Source: Prorocentrum cordatum (Eukaryota). Taken from it: DNA of 64,000 nucleotides. Position 1 is the stretch's first letter, and each line of letters starts with the position of its first letter. The position numbers and the translations under genes are program-made. The stretch is from contig CAUYUJ010000245.1 of the NCBI GenBank assembly GCA_963575745.1, forward strand, positions 1 to 64,000, given 5' to 3'. Below, piece by piece: positions 16,784 through 27,494 of the stretch. The notes under the pieces are model-generated. The model searched no databases. It saw only the letters and a list, made by a program, of their open reading frames with translations, and was not told the origin of the DNA.

Positions 16784-17496
16784 GAAAACATATGATTTCA
16801 TATGTTTTTCTGATTTTTCTCGTCTGGGACGCAGGAAAACGTGTGATTTCATTGGTTTTTCTGGTTTTTCTGGTCTGGGGGCAAGGAAAACATGTGATTT
16901 CATTGGTTTTTCTGGTTTTTCTGGTCTGGGAAGCAGGAAAATATGTGATTTCATTTGTTTTTCTGTTTTTTCTGGTCTGGGGGCAAGGAAAACCTGTGAT
17001 TTCATTGGTTTTTCTGGTTTTTCTGGTCTGGGGGGAAGGAAAACCTGTGATGTCATTGGTTTTTCTGGTTTTTCTGGTTTGGGAGCTAGATGTTACCAAA
17101 CCAGCCCGACCAAAACAACGATACCCTTCCCAGACCAGAAAAACCAGAAAAACCAATGACATCACAGGTTTTCCTTCCCCCCAGACCAGAAAAACCAGAA
17201 AACCAATGAAATCACAGGTTTTCTTTGCCCCCAGACCAGAAAAACCAGAAAAACCAATGAAATCACATGTTTTCCTGCTTCCCAGACCAGAAAAACCAGA
17301 GAAAACAATGAAATCATAGGTTTTCCTGCTTCCCAGACCAGAAAAATCAGAAAAACAAATGAAATCATATGTTTTCTTTGCCCCCAGACCAGAAAAACCA
17401 GAAAAACAAATGAAATCACAGGTTTTCCTGTTTCCCAGACCAGAAAAACCAGAAAAACCAATGAAATCACAGGTTTTCCTTGCCCCCAGACCAGAA
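16784..17496. repeat. Head-to-head inverted arrays of a 51-bp unit (6 forward, ~7 reverse)
   Basis: The unit GAAAACCTGTGATTTCATTGGTTTTTCTGGTTTTTCTGGTCTGGGGGCAAG starts at 16784, 16835, 16886, 16937, 16988 and 17039. Reverse-complement copies span ~17128-17496. Confidence 0.97.
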
Positions 17497-17636
17497 CCTC
17501 TGTCCGAGTTCTCTGCGAGGTTGTAACGGTAGTTCTCTCGCATTTGAGCGGCTTTGCGCCAGCGAGGAAGGGGCGAGGAAGATACGAGGAGAGACAGACA
17601 ACAGCGCCCCCGAACTACAGCTGACGGAAGAGAAGG

Positions 17637-17930
17637 AGGGGCGTAACGCTCCAGATCACCTTGGGGCGAAATGCTCCAGCCAGATGCGGGGCGAAATGCT
17701 CCAGGGGGCGGAATGCTCCAAATCACGTAGGGGCGAAATGCTCTAGCCAGATACGGGGCGAAATGCTCCAAGGGGCGTAATGCTCCAGATCACGTGGGGG
17801 CGAAATGCTCCAGATCACGCGGGGGCGAAATGCTCCAGCCAGATACGGGGCGAAATGCTCCAGGGGGCGTAAAGCTCACGCCAGTCGGAGGCAAAACAAT
17901 TCCAGGCCAACGAGAGACGAAATGCTCCAG
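17637..17930 (+). repeat. ~11-12 copies of the 17-bp motif GGGGCGAAATGCTCCAG (iteron-like)
   Basis: Copies at ~17637, 17663, 17688, 17705, 17730, 17755, 17772, 17797, 17822, 17847 and 17864, spaced about 17 or 25 bp apart. Confidence 0.9.
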
Positions 17931-18162
17931 GGGAGCGCAGCAATACTGTTTTATCCTTATCTTGGTCCTCCTCCACTTCCGCGGTTCGTCCCTCTGTCCT
18001 CCCCCGCCCCCTCTTATTATCCTCCAGTCTCCATCGCTCCCGCCTTCTCGCCCCTCCTTCCTCATCCACACCAACTCCTTTTGTTTGTTGCAACGCATTC
18101 TGGCCCGAGCCTGCCTCGACGCAGAACTCGCGGCGCAGCTTCCACGCACCCGCACGGCAGCA

Positions 18163-19476
<1,314 letters not shown>

Positions 19477-19676
19477 GAGGGCGAAGGCCATGAAGAATGC
19501 CTTCCGCACCCTCCTCGTCGTCCACCTCCTCCACCGCCCTCACCTCCACCTCGCCCTCGTCATCGTCATCGTCGTCGTCGTCGTCCTCCTCCTCCTCCTC
19601 CTCGCCCTCCTCGCCCCCCTCCGCTTCCTCGCCAGCATCCGATCGGCCCCGTGGGCGTACTGGCACGCCAACGAGG

Positions 19677-20900
19677 TGCATCTCGACCGCCAGAGACCCG
19701 AACGAGAGCCACGAGCTCCATAAATCAGCCGTGCTTGATGAAAAAACACATCATTGTCGTTATTCTTACCGCCGTCCCCGCGGGACCTGGATTTCCTTCG
19801 GCAAAAGGGCCACTGCCGCAACCGACGCGTGCATCCCGACCGCCAGAGACCCGAACGAGAGCCGCGAGCTCAATAAAGCAGCCGTAGTTGATGAAAAAAA
19901 CACATTGTTACCACTCTCCTTGTTTTCCTGGCCGCGACACCTTGGATTCCTTCGGCAAAAGGGCCACTGCCGCAACCGACGCGTGCATCCCGACCGCCAG
20001 AGACCCGAACGAGTGCCGCGAGCTCAATAAAGCAGCCGTAGTTGATGAAAAAACACATTGTTACCGCTCTCCTTGTTTTCCTGGCCGCGACACCTTGGAT
20101 TCCTTCGGCAAAAGGGCCACTGCCGCAACCGACGCGTGCATCCCGACCGCCAGAGACCCGAACGAGAGCCGCGAGCTCAATAAAGCAGCTGTAGTTGATG
20201 AAAAAAGACATTGTTACCGCTCTCCTTGTTTTCCTGGCCGCGACACCTTGGATTCCTTTGGCAAAAGGGCCACTGCCGCAACCGACGCGTGCATCCCGAC
20301 CGCCAGAGACCCGAACGAGGGCCGCGAGCTCAATAAAGCAGCCGTAGTTGATGAAAAAACACATTGTTACCGCTCTCCTTGTTTTCCTGGCCGCGACACC
20401 TTGGAATCCTTCGGCAAGAGGGCCACTGCCGCAACCGACGCGTGCATCCCGACCGCCAGAGACCCGAACGAGAGCCACGAGCTCAACGAAGCAGCCGTCG
20501 TTGATGAAAAAACACATTGTTACCGCCCTCCTTGTTTTCCTGGCCGCGACACCTTGGATTCCTTCGGCAAAAGGGCCAGTGCCGCTACCGACGCGTGCGT
20601 CCCGACCGCCAGAGACCCGCCAGAGACCCGAATGAGACCCGCGCGATCAATAAAGCAGCCGTGCTTTATGAAAACATACACATCGTTACCGCCCTCCTTG
20701 TTTTTGTGGCCGCGACGCCTTGGATTCCTGAAGCAAATCGGCTGCCGATGCAACCGACGCTTTTGTTTCGACCGCCTGAAGTCCAGAAGAGGCCCGCCGG
20801 CGAATCCGAGCAGCCGTAGCTGATGAGAAAACATATCGTTGCCATTCCCCCCGCCCCCGTCGCCGCCAGACCTTGGATTCCTTGGGCAAATGCCACAGGC
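19677..20900 (+). repeat. 153-bp tandem repeat, ~6 conserved plus ~2 degenerate copies
   Basis: GACCCG anchors at 19695, 19848, 20002, 20155, 20308, 20461 and 20614. Confidence 0.95.
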
Positions 20901-20971
20901 ACGAAAAAGACCAATCAGAAACATTTAGTAGCAGCTGTACGTGCTGCGGGATCCTGGGTTCCGACAGACGT

Positions 20972-20987
20972 GCCATTTTGGCTCAAG
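20972..20987 (+). promoter_or_regulatory. Relic dinoflagellate spliced leader
   Basis: GCCATTTTGGCTCAAG is an exact match to the last 16 nt of DCCGTAGCCATTTTGGCTCAAG, 68 nt upstream of the ATG at 21056. Confidence 0.92.
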
Positions 20988-21055
20988 GCGTCCGCCGCTC
21001 CTGCGGGCAACAGGCGCGCTGACGTTGACACCCTCCCCTGCAAGGCTTCCAAGCG

Positions 21056-23525
21056 ATGGCCGCCCGCGGCGTTGTCGCCGAGGCAGCCAACGTGCCCGCC
21101 CAAGGCATGAAGTCGCTCGGCGTCCACATGTGCGTCGAGGGCATGACCAGCGACGTGCTCGTTGCTGCGTGGGATATGGCGAAGGGCTTGAAAAAGGCCA
21201 CCCCCCTTGGCAAGCCGAAGATCGACGGCAGTCTCGACCGCAAGGGCTCGGTGGACGTTTACGACCTGCCCGTCAAGCCATGGAGCGCTCGCGGCAACTC
21301 CTCCATAAAGTCCGTTGTCGACATCGTCACTGACGTCGACGCCGCCGAGATGGCCGCTGTGGACTGGGCCAAGGTCAAAGACATTATGGCAGAAGGCAAG
21401 TACAAGGAATTGCCGCCGCCGTTCTGCTTCAGCGACCCGGAGGCAGAGCCCCCTTGCACGATGAATCTTGCCGTCACACAGAGAGTCGCAGACGAACTCC
21501 CAATCGTCGTGAAGTGGATTCAGTTCATTGGCGGCGAGAAGAGCCACTTCGTGAGGGACAGCATTATCCGCGGCAACATGCACGTTTTGGACTGGCGCAA
21601 GGACGTGTTCAACTCTGCCCGCACGATGCAGATCCTGTTCGAACGCCTCGGTGGTGTCCAAGCGCGATACTGGGAGTTCGTGAGCGCGCCCGCGCCCAGA
21701 GCTGGCGGCGGCGACGTTGACGTCGATCAGAAGAAGAAGGAGCTCTCGGCGGGCATCCAGCACATTAAGGACGAAGCCCCGCGCACAAATGCTGACTGCG
21801 AACAGCTGGAGTGGGTAGAGTGCGAGCTGGTGGACCCTTCGTCGCCAATTCACAACCTCAGGCGGGAGCTCATCAACGCGGTCCTCAAGGTGCTGCGGGA
21901 CCGCGACCACTTCGCCAACAAGCTGGTATACTACCCCATCCTGCTCCCAGATGTCCGCGATGAGTACCAGGGCGCCATGCGGCGCGCCATGGAGATGCTG
22001 GACACCAACACCGTCCTGTGCGTGGGCGAGGCGGGCTTCGGCAAAACGCCGTTCATGATGTCGATGGCCATGGCCAGCGCCAGGCACAACGCCGACGCTG
22101 AGAACAGGGCGACTGGCCGCGCCGACGCGGTGGCCGCCGTGCGGACAGCGCCCGACATGGATTTTTTCCGCGGTGAAGTCGGGCAGCGCTGGGTCCCTTG
22201 CATCTTCGACGACGGTGACCTGGCGGAGCAGAGGCCCAAGGTGTTGAAAGCATTCTTCGACACCACTCAGGCGGAGGCCATGACGTACGTCAGGTGGGGG
22301 GCGGCGAAATTCGTCCGCGGGCAGGCCCGCTTCGGCGGGGAGAACGAGTACGACGCCAGTGCAGCGCCGACAGCTACGCAGTGGGCGCTGGCATCCACAG
22401 GCGCCGACGCCGCCCAGAAGACGACCGCCATCCTGACCGACATGCTCAAGCCAACGTTCCCGAATAACTTCTCGCCGAGCAATGTCGGCGCTATGCTGAA
22501 GCGCTGCACCGTGTTCTTGAACACTCCGACTGACATGTTCTTCAGGCTCGCTGGCACCGAGAGCCGCGTGGAAAAGCTCCCGTTGATGGATGGGTACCTC
22601 AAGCCCGAGGCGGGCCAGATGTTGCGCTCCTTCTTGGCCCGCGGGGTCATGCGCGACGAGGAGGAGTTCGACAGGGTCATGGCATACGAGAAGAAGATGG
22701 TCATGGAGATCATGGCAAAGCGCGGCGTCGAGTACGGCGTCCCCGCGGAGGCTGCAGGCCCAGCGGGGGAGCCGGCCGCGGGCGCTGCCGCGCCGCCGCC
22801 GCCGAGCTCGGCTGGGCGGATCTTTCTGGGCGACCAGGAGGGTCATGCGATTGAACGTGCAAGCCGCCCCCCCCCATTGCGCCCCCGCGCTTGCGTCCAG
22901 AATCCCCATCTGCACCGCACCCCCGCCCCCGTCTGTTTCGCACCCCCCTGGCGCCATTCCCCCATGCTACTTTTTCGCTCCAAGGGATTCGGGGTGGTGG
23001 CGGCTTGCGCGTCCATCCGCCTGGCTCGAGGAAGAGGAGGACCCGTTCGGCTTGGGCGGCTCCATGATCGGCGAGCAGGCGGTGGCGCCCGCGGCCGCCC
23101 CTGTCGCGCCGACGGCGCCGATTAAGCGGGAGCCTTCCAATGTCTTCAGCCGCAACTTGCGCCAGAACGGGCCCGTCGAGATCGACCTCTGCAGCCCCTC
23201 CCCGTTGAAGAAGAAGGTGAAGTTCGAGTCGGGCACCGTCCCGCTGCAGAAGGTGAAGCTTGAGCCAGGCTCCAGCGACGCGGTGGGGCAGGACGAGTTC
23301 GGGCAGAAGCCGCCGAAGCCGCGCAAGCTCTCCCTTGTCTTGGGGGAGATCATGGCTCATGAGCTGAACGGCGCGGCGGGGCTCTCGCCAGACTCTGACG
23401 TCGCGACGGAGCAGGGCGCCGTGTCACTCACCCAGGCTCTGGAGGAGGTCGTGGATCAGGAGCTGAGCCGCACGGCGGGCCGCGGCGGCCCGTCGAGCAG
23501 CAGCGGCGGCGGCCGCGCGGTCTGA
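21056..23525 (+). CDS. SF3-type helicase/ATPase resembling the CRESS-virus Rep C-terminal domain; predicted intron ~22838/22842-23030/23034
   Basis: Walker A GEAGFGKT (22025-22048), Walker B IFDD (22202-22213), B'/C-like LKAFFD...YVRWGAAKF..GQARFGGEN, and Arg-finger-like AMLKRC (~22490-22507). The final exon (EEEDPFGL...) carries PLKKKVK. Confidence 0.75.
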
Positions 23526-23898
23526 GGCCTAGCGGCGTTCGCTGGGCGCGTTGCCCGCCGCGGCAGGGCGGCGCGGGGGGCGGGGCGGGGTCTCGGGCGC
23601 GTAGATGGGACGTGGGCGGGAAGAGTTGCAGTGTAATTTCATCGCCAATGCGACGCATTGGGACGGGGCTGACAGCCATGCTATTACAGGGAGAGAAGAC
23701 GCGCGCAGAAACCTATCATCTTGACATCCAGGCCAGCTGTCGCAAACCTTGGGATGAATGCGCGCAGCACGTGATGCCATCAGGGCGGTTGTCTTTCACT
23801 CTCCCTCTCGTGGCCAGATTGGCTCGACGTCTGCGATCGCGCGCCCTCGGCTCCACCCTGAGCACTCCGCATACTTGACGACCAATTGGTCGAGCGAG

Positions 23899-24249
23899 AT
23901 GGCCGCCAACGGCGATGCCCGACGTGAGTGCCAGCGCCTCCAGGTTCAGGTTGAAGCGGGCGTCGACTCGCTCGCGTACCATCGCGAGTGGTGTTCGCTG
24001 AAGTATCAGGCCTTCCAGGAGTTGCTTCCCCTGTGGCAGGCGCGTTCTCTGCTGCATGACGATATCCGTGCGCGCGTCGCCTCTTTCCTGGTCCCCACTG
24101 AGCCGTCGTGGACGTGGATTCCACGGGCGGCGCTGGTCCGCGCGGACAACGACCCTGTGCTGCCGTACGTCTGCTGCTTAGCGAGCATGGCCCGCGGGTC
24201 TCGAACCGACCGATCGGCGGCCGCTGCTCTGGGCTCGGGGTGCATATAC

Positions 24250-24290
<41 letters not shown>

Positions 24291-24301
24291 AAAAAAGCGC
24301 C

Positions 24302-24386
<85 letters not shown>

Positions 24387-24869
24387 GGGAAGGTAGCGAG
24401 GGATGGGGCGCGATCGATAGCGAGCCGACGCACCCCTAAGGAACTCCTCCACTGGATGCGCCCCGCCGCGTTGGCGGTCGGCTTCCCCGCCGACGCCGTG
24501 CCCGCCTCGCAGGAGGGCGCGCGGCTGCGGGTCAAGTGGCGCTTGATGGAGATGCAGATGTATTGCATCTACGACGAGCTGGAGGATCCGCCCTCGGAAG
24601 GCGCTGCCTGATCGGTTGCCGATCAATCAATTGTTCGATCGGGGTGGTCGGGGCATTGCCTGATCGCCCGCGCCCGCGGGGGGATGGAGGGGAGAGCACC
24701 TCTCGGGCGTATGAGTGGATATAGACAGTGGGGGATCCATCGGCCGCGGTCGATCGAGGCGCCCGTCTGGGCCTCGGTCGTTCCCGAGGACGTCAGGGCG
24801 AAGATGGCGACGCTCGACAAGACCATCGAAGGGCTGAGCCGCATGCGGCCGCGGGCGACGTGGGCGTGA
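23899..24869 (+). CDS. Hypothetical protein, probably 3 exons (~23899-24168, 24441-~24600, 24759-24869)
   Basis: Coding-like segments MAANGDARRECQ..., ELLHWMRPAAL...YCIYDELE and APVWASVVPEDVRAK...WA*. AG|G acceptors at 24440 and 24758. Donor sites are uncertain. Confidence 0.5.
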
Positions 24870-25593
24870 GCCAGGCGCCATTGCCCGCCGCGGAGGCGGC
24901 GCGAGTTGGGCGGAGGGAGAGGGGGGGGGAGGGCGGGGGCATGGACGTGTAGATGGGGAGGGGGCGCGGAGATTGACATTTCAGTTTCATGGCCAATGCG
25001 ACGCATTGGGGCGGGGCTGGCATCCAGCAATCACGGCATCCCACGCCGATCACGTGCGGCGTGCTGAAACGCCTCGCCCAATCGTCATCTCCGCCTTCTT
25101 CGCTTCCGCCGTCGCCATTGCCATCGTCGTCGTCGCCCTCTCGTCACCCGCTGCTGATGCCAGGGTCATCGCCGTTTGGGGCCAGGGAACTGTGCAGCCC
25201 GCCCTGTCACCCCTCGCTCATCGTTCCCGCGTCACCGCTTCGCTCCTCCTCCTCTTGTCCATCGCCGCCCTCCTCACATATCCTCTCCTGCGCTCGGCGA
25301 GACCTGTCTCTCTGAGGAGGCATTGACATGTTCGTGATATTAGCGTGTCAGTTAGCGCATCGAGCTGTTCACATGTTCTATAAGTTCTATAACATCCGAA
25401 AGCGAAGGCCAGCCGTCGCAACTCGCATGTTGAATCCAGCTGCACCCGTGCATCCTTGCCTCTGCTGCCCACCTTTAGCCAGCCATGGCCCAAAGCCGTT
25501 AGCATCCATCTTCTCCTACTGCAGAGCATCAGTTTCTCTGAGGATGCATTGCGCTGTTCGTGGCGGGGGCGCGCCGCAGCCCGCTCCGTCGTT

Positions 25594-25612
25594 GCCGTAG
25601 CCGTTCTGGCTC
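25594..25612 (+). promoter_or_regulatory. Relic spliced leader upstream of the transposase
   Basis: GCCGTAGCCGTTCTGGCTC matches the leader at 17/19. Confidence 0.75.
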
Positions 25613-25685
25613 CTTGCAGGCCCCGCAAGGCTGGGATCTAGTCCGAACCCAATATACTAGTGGAGGCGCGGCGTAGGCGAGCCCC

Positions 25686-27206
25686 ATGGCCAAGACCTGC
25701 ATGAACCAGCGCAAGCCCAAGAGGGGAACCCTGCGCCTGACCAAGCGCGCCGCCCAGAAGAAGCCGGTTCAGAGGAAGCCCGCGGCTGCAGGCGTCAAGT
25801 ACACGCCTGATGCACAGAACACCTCGGCGTCGGAGCCTCGGTACAATCGGCAGACGCTGGACGCCGTCCTGCTGGACATGGTGGATTTCACGCCGAAGCA
25901 GCTCATTCTGAAGTTGCGGAAGATGGGTTTCCTCCCCGACGTGCATCACTGCATGAAGTGCGGGTCGAAGACGTGGAAGACTGCGGACAAGGCGTGCGCC
26001 CCTGTCTTGGGCGGGGGCGAGCACGAGTGGCGGTGCACCAAGAAGGCGTGCCGATTCAAGCAGCACGTGCTCACGCAGTCGCCGCTCTTCAGCGCTGGGA
26101 GGGGCCCCAGCTCCACGCCCCTTCGCAAGCAGGCGCGCAGGGGAAACGTTCTCGCACCAAGCAACTTTTCCTTTTTCAAGCCAGAACGCAGGGCGCAGCC
26201 ATGACTGCATTCTGGGTCGGGGAACCTTTCGGGCAGGGGAAAAGGGCCCAGGGATGGAGTTGCTCTTTGTTCGGTGTGTAGTCGTCGGTTCGAGCATGGT
26301 GTTCGGGTTTTTCCCAGATCAGCATGCTCGATGTCGGTTCTCCCCGCGTGTCTTGGCCCCCTCCCTTGAAAGGTGGTGGTCTTGCACGGAATTGCCTGGA
26401 ACGTGAAGCCCCACGTGATCCGTGCCCAGACTGGTCTGACAGCGAACCGCATTGAGACGGTGCAAGCGAGCTGGCGGAACTTGCTGAAGGACTTCGTCAT
26501 CCACGTCCAGCGGAAGCTCAAGGCTGGCGGCAACGGCGTGATCGTCGAGGCGGACGAGGCTGTGCTGAGGAAGGAATCGATCGACGACTCCTCGGTGAAG
26601 TGGGCTGGCGTGGTCGGCGTGAAGGCGCGGGGGCAACGCCAGAGCCTAGCCCTCGTCCAGACGACTGCGACCTCGAAGCGGCGCGCCGCCAAGGGGCGCG
26701 CGGCGCCCATGAAGCGCCCAGCCGCCGCTGCCAAGAAGCCCGCCGCGGTCATCAGGCGGCCGTCTGCTGCCACGAGAAAGCCAGCTGGCCGTTTGGGGTG
26801 GGCTTGTCCCCCGCCTTTGGACAACGAGACGTGGGGCGAGGTGGCGAGCAACCACTTTGCCAAGGAGTCCATCTTGTCCACGGACGGCGCTCTGGCGTAC
26901 AAGGCCGTGGACGTCGGCGAGAAGGCCAAGATCGCGGTTAATCACTCCTCCAAGAACGGCGGGCCTTACTTCACAAAGGAGACGGAGGTCGACGGCAAGG
27001 GCGTCGTCGCTGGCACGCAGTCGTTGGACAGCATATGGGGCCACTTGAAGAAGAAGCTCGTGGGCATCAACGCCAACAAGCCGCAGGCGATTGCGCGGGC
27101 GCTGCGCGAGGGGCAGTGGTGCCATTGGATCGGCGTGGAGGACAGGTTCAAGGCCATGGGGGACGTGATCAAGTTTTGCCGCGACAACAAGATCTTCAAG
27201 GCGTGA
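25686..27206 (+). CDS. Merlin/IS1595-family transposase, 426 aa; exons 25686-26132 and 26373-27206
   Basis: N-terminal Zn ribbon CMKC...WRCTKKAC, then GVIVEADE (D 26553), ILSTDGALAY (D 26883), VNHS, and GTQSLDSIWGHLKK (D 27027). The phase-0 AG|GC..AG|G intron (26133-26372) joins the two ORFs without stops. Confidence 0.88.
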
Positions 27207-27387
27207 AGGTCTACATGAGTACACTTGATGGTGTACAGGGGGCCGTGCGCGCGGGGGCGCGTGCAGCATGGGGTTCCGATTGCATTGTTAAAAATTGTGT
27301 AAATTTCGGTGTAGGAAAACATTGGTTTCGATACGGTATTTCCCATATAGAATGGTCGTCGGGGGTCCCCCTGAGGGGGGGGTGGGC

Positions 27388-27436
27388 TACGACTACTACT
27401 ACTACTACTACTACTACTACGACTACTACTACTACG

Positions 27437-27480
<44 letters not shown>

Positions 27481-27492
27481 CACTACTACGAC
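27388..27492 (+). repeat. (CTA)n microsatellite
   Basis: Directly visible. Confidence 0.95.
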
Positions 27493-27494
27493 GA

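Noticed and set aside
16689..17771. ORFs with 17-aa repeats (KTCDFIGFSGFSGLG)
   Set aside because: They are read-through of the 51-bp array and are open on both strands.
19888..20823. 311-aa ORF of 51-aa repeats
   Set aside because: It results from a 153-bp unit divisible by 3. Single-base indels in the first units break the frame, and the opposite strand is also open.
21056..22000. Complete endogenous CRESS virus or Helitron
   Set aside because: No convincing HUH/YxxK motifs, capsid gene or PIF1 (SF1) helicase motifs were seen.
20915..22957. 680-aa minus-strand ORF
   Set aside because: It is the antisense shadow of the GC3-rich helicase gene and has no motifs.
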